DNA of 64,000 bases, from IMG/VR virus record IMGVR_UViG_3300050821_013430, positions 124,001 to 188,000 of that record, one strand, 5' to 3'. A program made the translations under genes and the position numbers. Within the stretch, counting starts at the first letter, position 1. Each line of letters starts with the position of its first letter. The notes beneath the pieces were generated by a model. The model did no database searches and was not told the origin of the DNA. It saw nothing but the letters and a program-made list of their open reading frames with translations. Below are positions 10,518-20,183 of the stretch, piece after piece.

Positions 10518-11237
10518 TTACTTATTATATCCGTGCAGTCGCTCTTCTCTAGTATTAAAGATTGCATGAGTTTGATCGAGTTCGGAGGCTGGCCCCTGCA
10601 ATGCAACTGATCCGCCTGGGACACGCTCTCCCCGTTCGGTAGTGTATCCAAGAGCATAATTATATACTTTACCATCTAATGAGCATTTCCATATTGAATC
10701 ATCTACTCTTTGCATTTGCGCACCAGCATGATCTGGGCACGATCTTGTTTGTAATGGGGCTTCCATAATTCGGTATGCTTTACTAAACGGGCTTTTTTCA
10801 ATTGCCTTTTCTGCCTCTGCAACATGATTTACTTCATGAAGTTGTTCTCTTGTTGATTGATAATTATTTTTGATAGAATCTATTTTTCCATCTTGTTTTT
10901 GTTTGAATTTTTTAGCCCAATCTGGCGGAGCCGCAACAGTCAACAAAAGCTCATCAATTACGGAAGCCGCTTTTTTCAGATCTACATCGCCAGACATATC
11001 AAGAGCGGTAGTCATCGTATTCAATTGATCCAAATTTTCTGTAGTAAGAATCGATTCTGCTTGCGGCTCTAGGTGTTCTAATTCCTCGGCCCCTTGACGT
11101 AAAATAGTAGCGGCCTGAACACAAACCTGAGCCGCTTTGGTTAGGCAGGCTTCATCGTATTCGGCTAACATCAGAGCCTCATTATCGGGACTTTCTAGCC
11201 AACTGGCAACTGCTGCTAAAAATTCTGCAATTCTCAT
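10518..11237 (-). CDS. Hypothetical protein with C-terminal Cys/His motif
   Basis: 239-aa ORF; CPDH...C motif. Confidence 0.55.
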   Translation of the reverse strand: MRIAEFLAAVASWLESPDNEALMLAEYDEACLTKAAQVCVQAATILRQGAEELEHLEPQAESILTTENLDQLNTMTTALDMSGDVDLKKAASVIDELLLTVAAPPDWAKKFKQKQDGKIDSIKNNYQSTREQLHEVNHVAEAEKAIEKSPFSKAYRIMEAPLQTRSCPDHAGAQMQRVDDSIWKCSLDGKVYNYALGYTTERGERVPGGSVALQGPASELDQTHAIFNTREERLHGYNK

Positions 11238-11884
11238 TTGATTTCCTTTTTGGTAAGTCTTTGTTCTTCCTCTTGAATTTCTTTATCAAGTCGATTTAGC
11301 AAAGAACGTAAAACGGAAGGACGTTTTATTCGGCCTTTGACCGGACTTTCTATGGGCCCGTAGTGCCAAGTGGGGATTGTTTTTTGCTGTAAAATGGCGT
11401 TTGCTTCTGGCGTATCCAAACCAACTCCTCGTAAGTCGTGTACATTAATCAATGCCTTAGTATGCTTCCAAATGTACTCTTGAATGCTCTGAATCGCCTC
11501 ATCAAGACGATACATTTTGTCTCTTGGATACTTCATTTTGATAATAACATTGCGAAGATCATTGAGAGCATCAATGATTTTCACCGAATAATTGAAATTC
11601 TCTTTTAGAGTTTGTCCTTCTATATTGGCCACATATAAGTCTATTAGCGATTTGAAAACCTTGAAAAGGTGATCTTTGCCCAATTCATTATTTATTTCAA
11701 TAAAAGAGGGTAATTGAGTGATATTTTTGGCTAATCGATCATAAACTAAAATCAGACGATCTTTTAATAATCTAGTCTTTTTGGCATTTATAGGCACACC
11801 AAATGAGGTATCCGCTCCCTCAGAATCTGGAAGCTCCTGAGCATACTTGAAGGATAGCTTGGCAGCAAGAGAGGATAAACTCAT
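11234..11884 (-). CDS. Hypothetical protein
   Basis: 216-aa ORF; short N-terminal leader ending in KYAQ. Confidence 0.55.
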   Translation of the reverse strand: MSLSSLAAKLSFKYAQELPDSEGADTSFGVPINAKKTRLLKDRLILVYDRLAKNITQLPSFIEINNELGKDHLFKVFKSLIDLYVANIEGQTLKENFNYSVKIIDALNDLRNVIIKMKYPRDKMYRLDEAIQSIQEYIWKHTKALINVHDLRGVGLDTPEANAILQQKTIPTWHYGPIESPVKGRIKRPSVLRSLLNRLDKEIQEEEQRLTKKEIK

Positions 11885-11890
11885 TCATTG

Positions 11891-13501
11891 TTATCCGAAA
11901 ATTTTTGTATGCATCATATATAATTCTTCAGTAGTTTCATCCATTCCCTTCCGATACATTGGATGACAATTACCAAACTTATCAACATAAATTTTATGTA
12001 GAGGAAGTCCGGTATGACCGCAAAGAGGATATTTGCTGGTTTTGCTCTGAATTACTAAAGAACATTGCTCTTCTTTAGAAGCAACTTTCTCCAAAGAAAG
12101 ACCATCTTTGTATAGATTGAAAGCGATGGCATATGCTTTGATATCTCCGGAAGTATGAAGAATATTAAGGGCGTCTTCTGCCTTAGATAGATTCTTTTCG
12201 GACATTGCTTGACGAACATTTTCAATTAATTCTGATGGTTTCAGTCCATATTGCGGAGAAGTAATGGCCATCGCGCGAGTATCTGTCTTCTCTTCTGTCA
12301 TTGCTCTTTGTAATTCTTTGACAGTAAGGCTTGAAATTGATCCATTACATAGGAAAAGATCAGGAGATTGCACGCGATTATTAACCATCTTAACTGGCAC
12401 TTTAATAGCCAATTGGCCATTATGAGCCGAAACAGCATAGAAAATAGTATTTTCAGAGCAGTCTGCTACTTTGACAATAACATGAGAAATGCCTAGTTGG
12501 GCTAAGATGCGACGGACAGCATCTGATCCCAGGGCCACTTTATCACGACCAAAGTGTAATTCTGCAGCACCTTCGGGTGTGCTGAATTTCTCGGCAAAAC
12601 TTTCAAATTCAGGTGATTTAGGCATCTGCACTTCGGTAGGCAAAGTATCTAAACTTTGCCCTAATATCGAATTGGTATGATATTCTTGTTGAGGAGTACG
12701 AGAAGCATTGATCTTAGTAAGTGCCATTTCTACTTGGCTTACTTCTGTTTTGGGATGTACCGCTGAAGCTAGTACCTGTGCTACGTCAGTAGACCTAACC
12801 TTGAGGGTTTGGCCTGCTTGCGAAAGGATATAATCTTTCAAATTTGAGTGATTTAACTCAAAAGGCCCTGCATTTCCCATAAAAAAGGTTGGCTCTAATA
12901 CTTTATTTTGATTAACTTCTACTGGCACTAAAACGGAAGTTGTGCCCTTGGGAGTATCGTAATCGGCTCGTACTACAATGAAATGCTCATTGCCACCATC
13001 AATTGAAAGTTTGCTTGCTTTAAGATTCCAAGCATCTAGATTCTGATTGACAACTAATTGGGCCCTATCGGCGTGTTGCTTAGCGAATGGTTTGAATGGA
13101 ATAGAGGCATCAAAAGCAGTAGCTAGAGCATTAGAAAGCACCGGGTCAGCCACTGATTCGTGCAGATTGGCGAGAGGTAGGTCTTGTTTGGGTTGGGGTG
13201 CAACCTGTTCAACTACTACTTTTTCTCCCAGCTCATTTTGGAAAAAATGAGCAAACTTAGTATTACGAGTGTAAAAACGCGTATAAATATCTTTCAATTC
13301 TGCGCGAGTAATTAACATTTTATTGTTGCTTTCCGCTTTGGAAAGAATTTGAGTAACCGCTCCGATAGTGCTATCATTAGGATATTCAGATGCTAATTTT
13401 TGTAATTTGACATTGAGAAGCGAGAGTGAAAAACTTTCGCGTCGATCTAATGTTTGTGAAACGGAAGAGACTAATTTATTCAGGCTGTGATTATGGTTCA
13501 T
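11891..13501 (-). CDS. Hypothetical virion-like protein with internal duplication
   Basis: 536 aa; two similar segments (VLVPVEVNQNKVLEPTFFMGNAG / IKVPVKMVNNRVQSPDLFLCNGS). Confidence 0.6.
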   Translation of the reverse strand: MNHNHSLNKLVSSVSQTLDRRESFSLSLLNVKLQKLASEYPNDSTIGAVTQILSKAESNNKMLITRAELKDIYTRFYTRNTKFAHFFQNELGEKVVVEQVAPQPKQDLPLANLHESVADPVLSNALATAFDASIPFKPFAKQHADRAQLVVNQNLDAWNLKASKLSIDGGNEHFIVVRADYDTPKGTTSVLVPVEVNQNKVLEPTFFMGNAGPFELNHSNLKDYILSQAGQTLKVRSTDVAQVLASAVHPKTEVSQVEMALTKINASRTPQQEYHTNSILGQSLDTLPTEVQMPKSPEFESFAEKFSTPEGAAELHFGRDKVALGSDAVRRILAQLGISHVIVKVADCSENTIFYAVSAHNGQLAIKVPVKMVNNRVQSPDLFLCNGSISSLTVKELQRAMTEEKTDTRAMAITSPQYGLKPSELIENVRQAMSEKNLSKAEDALNILHTSGDIKAYAIAFNLYKDGLSLEKVASKEEQCSLVIQSKTSKYPLCGHTGLPLHKIYVDKFGNCHPMYRKGMDETTEELYMMHTKIFG

Positions 13502-13510
13502 CTGGTTGCC

Positions 13511-13978
13511 TTATGAAAGTTCCGGATATTTAGCTAACAATTGAGCTTTGGATTCGGATTTCAAATGAGAAAGTAATGCCGAGACCAAGTTTTTATTTTG
13601 CGAAAGACGGGCGGGAAGATATCGCTTTGCCAAGTCTATTTCATTTTCCGGAATGCCCAATTGACTGGTTGCTAGTTTGACTACCGGCTCTCCTTTATAG
13701 AAGAAATTGAGAGTTTTGCTAGTATTGGAAGCAATAACTTCCCAAGACAAGCTCGCAGTTTTGGTATTCTCTTCTTCCCGATCTTCATAGAGAGAAACGA
13801 TATAATCACCATCTTCAGCGCTTTGTACTTGCCAAAGTGCAGCTCCTTTATCGCCATCTTTGAAACGAACGATATCAAACGCAACGCGTTCTAATTGGTC
13901 TTTCACTTCGGAAAGACGGTATGACTTTTTGAGGAGCTTATCCTCTAACTTTGCGTAATCGACGGTAAAATCTCTCAT
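13511..13978 (-). CDS. Hypothetical protein
   Basis: 155-aa ORF with AGGAG SD; KTAS motif. Confidence 0.6.
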   Translation of the reverse strand: MRDFTVDYAKLEDKLLKKSYRLSEVKDQLERVAFDIVRFKDGDKGAALWQVQSAEDGDYIVSLYEDREEENTKTASLSWEVIASNTSKTLNFFYKGEPVVKLATSQLGIPENEIDLAKRYLPARLSQNKNLVSALLSHLKSESKAQLLAKYPELS

Positions 13979-14029
13979 ACTCTATCTCCTACTGGGTATG
14001 GCATAATATTCCCCGCATATTACTAGATA

Positions 14030-14866
14030 TTATGGCTCTTTCTTTTGATCCCAATATTGACTACGAGCTTCCGACATCTTATCCTTGGTCTCTTCAGAAT
14101 GCCGCTTGCCAGCCCATTTGGTATAATTATTGAGAAGGGAGATATTATTACGTTCCAAAATTCGATAGATTTTACCGTTGCCACCGATATTGAATTGTTT
14201 TTTGATTTGATTGATGGTAGCACCGTCGAGATAGGCTTGAATGATCTGATTTTGGATTTCTTGTGGCAGCATCCGAGACTTGATGCGTTTTTCGATGGTT
14301 TCATCGGATTGTTTTCGACCAACTAATTTATCACTCATAGCTTGTTTAGATTCTTCGGTGTGATGCTTGCCTTGCATCGGATGACCTTGTTCCTGATGGC
14401 GTTGGATCATAAATTCGGAATTTTGATGTTTCCATTCTTCGGTATGAGGAGGTTTTGGTATTCCGGCATGAATTTTGGAAATTTTTTCTCTGGTTTCTTC
14501 GGAAACTTCTCTACCCATTAGAGCTTGAGAAATTTTTTGCTTACTTTCTTTAGAGTGCCTCCCATGACTTCCACCATCTTTTAGATTATAACCAATATCC
14601 GGATTTTTACTATTATACTGTTCTATATATTGGTCTTCTAACTTATCTGCAGTTTCTTGATCTGCGCACTCATCTAATATGCTATACTCAAAATTTTCCG
14701 ATCCATATTTACAAATAGCAGAATAGAGGTGATGAGAATTTTTATAGCCAATTCCATCTTTACCCATACGCTTATCAAAAGTCAGCCAAGTTTGTCCTAT
14801 ATAAACTTTACCATTGATTTTATTGATTAGTTTATAAATATTACACGTCATTTTACCATTTGTCAT
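14030..14866 (-). CDS. GIY-YIG homing endonuclease with NUMOD3 repeats
   Basis: IYKLINKINGKVYIGQT, GYN motif, repeated HSEESK/HTEESK NUMOD3 units. Confidence 0.9.
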   Translation of the reverse strand: MTNGKMTCNIYKLINKINGKVYIGQTWLTFDKRMGKDGIGYKNSHHLYSAICKYGSENFEYSILDECADQETADKLEDQYIEQYNSKNPDIGYNLKDGGSHGRHSKESKQKISQALMGREVSEETREKISKIHAGIPKPPHTEEWKHQNSEFMIQRHQEQGHPMQGKHHTEESKQAMSDKLVGRKQSDETIEKRIKSRMLPQEIQNQIIQAYLDGATINQIKKQFNIGGNGKIYRILERNNISLLNNYTKWAGKRHSEETKDKMSEARSQYWDQKKEP

Positions 14867-15299
14867 CTTTTAGGTCTCGAATTTTCTTCAGAATTTCAGA
14901 GATTTTTGGATCTTCTTCAATAAGTTTGAGCAATTTCTTTTTTGATCCTCCATATACACTTCTTGTTCCATTCTTATAATCTACGTTCCCATTGAGCGAC
15001 TTTGTGATCGACGACTGATTCACTTGTAATATCTTTGCTATCTCCATTTGTGTTTTCCCCTCCGCATACAACCTAATCACCTGCCGCTGCCTCTTAGTTA
15101 GCAATGTATTTACAATTCTCCAAAATTCCTTCTTCAATTCATCTTCTAGCATTAAAATATCTTCATTATAATCAAACGGGTTCAGACGACCATAAATACT
15201 ATCTTCATTAGAAAATGATTCCAACATTTCATTTGAGTACAGCGATTCGTGAAAAATTTGTTGATAATGATCCGAACGATTGGCGCGTTTTTCCATTGA
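14853..15299 (-). CDS. Sigma-70 region 4-like HTH protein (putative phage transcription factor)
   Basis: LTKRQRQVIRLYAEGKTQMEIAKILQVNQSSITKSL; likely start at MEKRAN. Confidence 0.7.
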   Translation of the reverse strand, partial: SMEKRANRSDHYQQIFHESLYSNEMLESFSNEDSIYGRLNPFDYNEDILMLEDELKKEFWRIVNTLLTKRQRQVIRLYAEGKTQMEIAKILQVNQSSITKSLNGNVDYKNGTRSVYGGSKKKLLKLIEEDPKISEILKKIRDLKDDKW

Positions 15300-15318
15300 G
15301 TATCCTTGTAGGTAAGTA

Positions 15319-16098
15319 TTATACGCTGACATTTGTCTTGTCTAACAGACTAATTGAATCGTGATGACGAAGATATTCATCCAGGTCTTTATAGCCTTTG
15401 GGTAGGTATTGATTGTAATTAATTTTTACACCATGCTCAATTGTATCTAATCTTTTAGCAACTGACTTACGACCTTGTTCTCCGGCATCATCATTGTCAA
15501 AAAGTAGAACAATTTTATTGGTATATCTTGCAAGAAGAGAGAATTGATAAGAAGTAAGAGTAGAGTTGCCAACAGCAACAATATTATAAATGCCTTTCTC
15601 AAAAGCTTTGATTACATCAAATTGGCCCTCCACCACATAGACAAAGCCTTCTGATAGGATATAAGATTTAGCCTCAAATAGACCAAATAAATGATTACCC
15701 TTGAGAAAGGAAGTATTTCTATACTTTTCAATGCCTAGATTTTTACGATCTTTCTCGGAAAGAAGAGTACGACCAATCAAAGCAATTACGTTGCCATAAA
15801 TGTCTCGATAAGGCATTATTAGTGGGTGACGTTCAAAAAAGTTGAAATTAGCATTACGAGTAGAACTGGAATCATAAATCCGCCAACCATACAATAAACC
15901 TAATTTTTTAAGTATCTCTTCCCCAACCAAAGAAGATAGTAGTGTAAGAAATTCTATACTTGGAAAATATCCAAAGGCAAACAATTTTTGCATTTCATAG
16001 CTAAGCCGAGAATTCAAATAATTTCTACACTCCTCGGCTTGAGGGGTTTCTTGAAGCAAAAACTGGCATGGTTGTAAAAGAGATTGAAAATCTGTCAT
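15319..16098 (-). CDS. dnaG: DNA primase, DnaG catalytic/TOPRIM domain only (no Zn finger)
   Basis: YLNSR, IGR, KYRNT, VVEGQFDV, LFDNDDAG, KDLDE motifs. Confidence 0.85.
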   Translation of the reverse strand: MTDFQSLLQPCQFLLQETPQAEECRNYLNSRLSYEMQKLFAFGYFPSIEFLTLLSSLVGEEILKKLGLLYGWRIYDSSSTRNANFNFFERHPLIMPYRDIYGNVIALIGRTLLSEKDRKNLGIEKYRNTSFLKGNHLFGLFEAKSYILSEGFVYVVEGQFDVIKAFEKGIYNIVAVGNSTLTSYQFSLLARYTNKIVLLFDNDDAGEQGRKSVAKRLDTIEHGVKINYNQYLPKGYKDLDEYLRHHDSISLLDKTNVSV

Positions 16099-16653
16099 TT
16101 AGAGGATCTTTTTTAGAATATCCAAATTCCGCAAGTCTTCAACAGGTACACAATATTTGTTAGGATCATAAGGCCAGCGTTTGGTTACATATTCGTTGGC
16201 ACACCATCCGGCCAATATTACCTTTTCTATTTCCCGTCGAGTTTTACCTATTGAAAAGGCACATACATAAATCATATCTTTATGAAATTCTCTTTCCGGA
16301 ATTACTAAATTGAGACGTGGTATTTTCTTTTCATCTGTCACATGACTAGTTTTTACATCTACTAAACGTGTTTTAGAATTATGAATGATTTTGTCATCAT
16401 AACCATCATCTCCCTTACGAGTAGGCCTTAGAGTCTCAAATTTGTAATCTAAAAGTTTTCCTAACTTTTCTAGGCTTTGATAGCGATATAAATACCAAGC
16501 ACCCTCACCATAAAGTGCGGTATATTGATAGTCTAGTCTTGTTGCTTTAGCAAGATCAATAGTGGCTAAATTGGAATATCCTCCTATATCTTGTTGAATG
16601 GCGTACTTTTCTGTAAGATTTATCAAATCTTCATTTATTTTTATTTCAATCAT
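16099..16653 (-). CDS. Putative PD-(D/E)XK nuclease-fold protein
   Basis: GE...GDDGYD...VDVKT pattern. Confidence 0.45.
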   Translation of the reverse strand: MIEIKINEDLINLTEKYAIQQDIGGYSNLATIDLAKATRLDYQYTALYGEGAWYLYRYQSLEKLGKLLDYKFETLRPTRKGDDGYDDKIIHNSKTRLVDVKTSHVTDEKKIPRLNLVIPEREFHKDMIYVCAFSIGKTRREIEKVILAGWCANEYVTKRWPYDPNKYCVPVEDLRNLDILKKIL

Positions 16654-16753
16654 TATTTATTATTCTTTCATATCTTTTGTTATTATTGATGATTTGCAAT
16701 AATCATAAAAATGATTATGAATTTCATTGAATTGGCCTATATATTTTTCTAAC

Positions 16754-17089
16754 TTATTCACTATCAATCTTTTTCAATTGTTGAAGCAATAAATTCTTGA
16801 AAGTCGGAGTTAATTTTTCTAATGGCTTCTTACAAACACCACATAATAAATTTTCTCCTGAAATAATTGGCCTTTCTTCTTTTCCACACTTATCGCACTT
16901 AGTAGCAAATGATTTTTTGCTTTTTGGTCTATATTGTTTGAGACTTTTCATTTGTTGTTTAGCAAATGGAGTAAGACCAGTAATAGTTTTATCACACATA
17001 GAACAATAAACCTCATTAGTTTCTTGATCTAAATATGGTGACTGAAATTGTCCGCATCCTTTATTGGTGCAGTTTATGAGAAATGGCAT
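16754..17089 (-). CDS. Zinc-ribbon protein
   Basis: Four Cys pairs (CTNKGC, CSMC, CDKC, CGVC). Confidence 0.6.
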   Translation of the reverse strand: MPFLINCTNKGCGQFQSPYLDQETNEVYCSMCDKTITGLTPFAKQQMKSLKQYRPKSKKSFATKCDKCGKEERPIISGENLLCGVCKKPLEKLTPTFKNLLLQQLKKIDSE

Positions 17090-17090
17090 T

Positions 17091-18074
17091 TTATTTTTCC
17101 TTGAGAGATTGGATTAATTGATCTGTATCAGATGGATATTCCACATTCACTATAACCCGTTGCGATCCCTTTTTACCTACTCCTAAATTTGGAATAGCAA
17201 CCTCTTCCTTATTTCTAATTTTAGCAGGGATTGTTATATCTTTTTCTCCGTCAATAGTATTGACTTTTTTATCGCAGCCCTCTAAAGCCTCTAATAGAGA
17301 GATCGTAATTTTAGAAACTACATCTTGACCTTGAATAGAAAGATCAGAGAATGAATTTACTTTGATTGACAGGTATGCATCAGAATATTCATCTCCAAAA
17401 ATAGATGAACTAATAAAATTTCCATGTCCGGACAAACGGAGCACCGTATTATCTGGTGTTCCGGGATCAATTGAAACATTACCTTCGGACTCTACTTCAA
17501 TTTGGCGGGCACCCTTGCATCCTGTACAGTGTTGCCTCTGCGTTTTACCACCACACGCGTCACATTGTTGAAAAACAACAGTATTGCCACGACGAATTTC
17601 TACTTTTCCCTTGCCATGACACTTAGAACAATTATCGATCAATTTTCCGCCTTGACCATTACATTCTTGACATTTTATTTTCTTTTTGTATTTGATCGAA
17701 ACTTGGCATCCTAAAACTGAATCACGAAAAGAAATTATAGTATCTAATCGAATGTCTTGACGGGCGACCCTAGAATTAGAACCAGAAAATGGATTAGCAA
17801 AACCAAAAAAATCTCCAAAAAGATCTCCAAAATTAACCCCATGAACACCCGAAGAATGATTTGACCAGGGCGATGCGGCGACATGTTCATCTGAGTTTTT
17901 GCCGGATTCAATTAGTTGAAATGCCTGATTGATCTTCTTAAATTTGGCTTCATTGCCGGTTTCTTTGTTGTCAGGATGTAAAGATGCAGCAAGTTTACGA
18001 AATGCTTTCTTAGCTTCTTCTTTAGAAGAACCTTGCGGAATTTCTAATACCTCAAACGCTTCTTTGAGTTTCAT
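17091..18074 (-). CDS. dnaJ: DnaJ chaperone
   Basis: J-domain with HPD, G/F-rich region, CxxCxGxG-type repeats, C-terminal LLEALEG motif. Confidence 0.92.
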   Translation of the reverse strand: MKLKEAFEVLEIPQGSSKEEAKKAFRKLAASLHPDNKETGNEAKFKKINQAFQLIESGKNSDEHVAASPWSNHSSGVHGVNFGDLFGDFFGFANPFSGSNSRVARQDIRLDTIISFRDSVLGCQVSIKYKKKIKCQECNGQGGKLIDNCSKCHGKGKVEIRRGNTVVFQQCDACGGKTQRQHCTGCKGARQIEVESEGNVSIDPGTPDNTVLRLSGHGNFISSSIFGDEYSDAYLSIKVNSFSDLSIQGQDVVSKITISLLEALEGCDKKVNTIDGEKDITIPAKIRNKEEVAIPNLGVGKKGSQRVIVNVEYPSDTDQLIQSLKEK

Positions 18075-18670
18075 TTATTTTTCTTGTTCTTTCTCTTTTG
18101 CTTCTTTTTGATTTTTAGGATTTTTTGTCCCGTGAGTATCATAGCGTAATACAAAGACACCGCAATTCCGTCACCCTCGTCAAAACTTTCAGTTTTGGCT
18201 TCGCCACTCTTCTTGTAGTCATAGGGGAATGTAATACCTAATCGTTGGGCGACAAGCTCTGGTATGTCGGATTTATTAGGCAAGTCCGCATTCAATTTGA
18301 TTCCGTGTCGGATGGCTAAAACATTGAAAAGAAGGGGAAGGGTGGGCTGTCCGTGCTTGACAGAAAGAAAATCAAAAGCCAACATGCCCAAAACACGATT
18401 GAAAACGGCCAGAGAAATCACCGTATTTGCACTAGTCTTGCCTGGCATAAATTGAACGATATCTTCAATGCCTATAAAATCTGGCTGGTGTTTTTGTAAA
18501 ACCATCTCGACTTTGCGACGAGCATCTTCTAATCGATCAAAAATCGTTCCTTTTTTCGAAGGTTTTATCCATCCACTATCAATGTAATCTATTTTATATC
18601 CATCGATACTAAGAACGCCATAACCCACGGTCGAGCTAGATATGTCGAGACCCAAAATTTTTTTGGACAT
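18071..18670 (-). CDS. ruvC: RuvC-like Holliday junction resolvase
   Basis: ILGLDISSSTVGYGV, IGIED, DEGDGIAV. Confidence 0.85.
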   Translation of the reverse strand: MSKKILGLDISSSTVGYGVLSIDGYKIDYIDSGWIKPSKKGTIFDRLEDARRKVEMVLQKHQPDFIGIEDIVQFMPGKTSANTVISLAVFNRVLGMLAFDFLSVKHGQPTLPLLFNVLAIRHGIKLNADLPNKSDIPELVAQRLGITFPYDYKKSGEAKTESFDEGDGIAVSLYYAMILTGQKILKIKKKQKRKNKKNK

Positions 18671-18689
18671 ACCCGTAATATATCGGGAG

Positions 18690-18727
18690 AAAAAGAAAGG
18701 CCCAAGTCGCTAAACCCGGGCCTTTCT
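18690..18727 (-). terminator. Rho-independent terminator after the SSB gene
   Basis: Minus strand reads AGAAAGGCCCGGG-loop-TTGGGCCTTTCT followed by a T tract. Confidence 0.75.
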
Positions 18728-18746
18728 AATCTAATTACTGATATTA

Positions 18747-19493
18747 TCAGTCAGCATTATACGAGGGAAAAATATCCTCAATGCTGTCTTCTGCATCCAC
18801 GCTCATATCGACTGCGGGAACCGTTACCTTACCATTTTTGATAGTAGGAGCGGTCTTATCCTTGTCGAATTTGCTGGGCGGAGGTGGTGCTAACTTACCA
18901 TCACCAACAATATTAGCAATTCGCTTTTCAACGGTTTCTAGCGTGGGTGGCTGCACCCGGCGCTTCAATTCTTCCAAATCAGCCTGATCACGAATTGATT
19001 GGTCGGTAGCCGAAAGAGGTGTCTTGGGACACGGTTGAACCGTATACCACTCTTGCGGAGTCCGGGCTTTACTATTCTTGATGATATTAATATCATAAGA
19101 CTGAGGATCGCCCCACTTCTTATTAGTATTCAACGCTCTAATCTGTTGATACACCATATAAGAAATATCTAATATCTTAAAGGCATTGGAGGCCCGATCA
19201 ATTACGCCAAGAAACCAGCGAGGTTGTACATGATAACTTGCATCACATAGGGGGCAGCTGCCGTGAACAATAGAGCATCCTACCTTCTGGCCATAGCCCT
19301 TATTATCTCCCTCTTTCTTGATCTTGGTATGGGTCATGTATTGGTGGGGGCGGGTCACCAATCGCATTTCATTATCGCCATCTTTGAGGCGAAGCCATAA
19401 ATCCTTACCATTTGTTGAGAACTTTTTGTTATTTGTTTCACGACCAAAATTGAGATCGTCTTCCCACGAAACTTCACCGAATGTTGTTGTCAT
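18747..19493 (-). CDS. Single-stranded DNA-binding protein (gp32-like)
   Basis: WLRLKDGDNEMRL, C..HGSCPLC, WGDP..YDI, acidic C-tail (DAEDSIEDIFPSYNAD); located near RecA. Confidence 0.7.
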   Translation of the reverse strand: MTTTFGEVSWEDDLNFGRETNNKKFSTNGKDLWLRLKDGDNEMRLVTRPHQYMTHTKIKKEGDNKGYGQKVGCSIVHGSCPLCDASYHVQPRWFLGVIDRASNAFKILDISYMVYQQIRALNTNKKWGDPQSYDINIIKNSKARTPQEWYTVQPCPKTPLSATDQSIRDQADLEELKRRVQPPTLETVEKRIANIVGDGKLAPPPPSKFDKDKTAPTIKNGKVTVPAVDMSVDAEDSIEDIFPSYNAD

Positions 19494-19541
19494 TGTTTTT
19501 CCTTTTACTAAACCAGATATTTATTTGTTGCTAACAACACA

Positions 19542-19841
19542 TTAGCGTGTTGAGAAAACAACCAATCTTGTCCTGGCATGATCTGTCGAACGAGTAAAGC
19601 GGACACGAATGCCTGCATTACGCAAACGATTTACTACTTGATTGAGAGTAACTCGAAGGGCACTTGGAGAACCTGGCCAATTTTGAGGAAGTTTGCTCAA
19701 GCGATCTTGGAGGGCCTCATCTAAAAGAGTCATAGTTCCAACCCAGGGGGTAGCTCTACGTCTTACCAAGGTTTTCACTCCTGAAACAAGAGTATCGAAA
19801 ACCTGTGTTTTCTTGCTGTTTTGCTTACTATTTGATGTCAT
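19542..19841 (-). CDS. Hypothetical small basic protein (winged-helix-like)
   Basis: WVGT...WPGSPSAL...LRNAGI pattern. Confidence 0.5.
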   Translation of the reverse strand: MTSNSKQNSKKTQVFDTLVSGVKTLVRRRATPWVGTMTLLDEALQDRLSKLPQNWPGSPSALRVTLNQVVNRLRNAGIRVRFTRSTDHARTRLVVFSTR

Positions 19842-19874
19842 TTTATGCCTTGCTTTCTTTACTATTTATTGAAA

Positions 19875-20183
19875 TTATTTGCTGTATTTTGGTAGTCCGC
19901 TCACGCTATGAACGCGGCACCAGGGGTAATATATAACCCTAATCTTACTCTTGTCAATGGCTTCGTGAAGTGAGACATAATCTTTGATTACAGATTCCTC
20001 TGAGGCTTCGGTCAAAAAACCTTTCACTTCAATGTGAGAGGATTCAAACTTAGGCACATCCAAAGCAACGAATCTTTCAGTTTCAGTATCAGAGAATCTG
20101 ACCATATAACAAGGCTTGACTAAAGCTTGTCGTCCAGTTGGAACATTGCTAGTGGCTGTTACTACGAAATCTTTTTCTGACAT
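19875..20183 (-). CDS. Hypothetical protein
   Basis: 102-aa ORF translationally coupled to RecA. Confidence 0.55.
   Translation of the reverse strand: MSEKDFVVTATSNVPTGRQALVKPCYMVRFSDTETERFVALDVPKFESSHIEVKGFLTEASEESVIKDYVSLHEAIDKSKIRVIYYPWCRVHSVSGLPKYSK

Noticed and set aside
13985-14025. Second promoter motif (AATA...CATA) upstream of some virion-like genes (also near 41520, 52930, 59715)
   Set aside because: Spacing is variable and the motif is too AT-rich to support without a statistical test.
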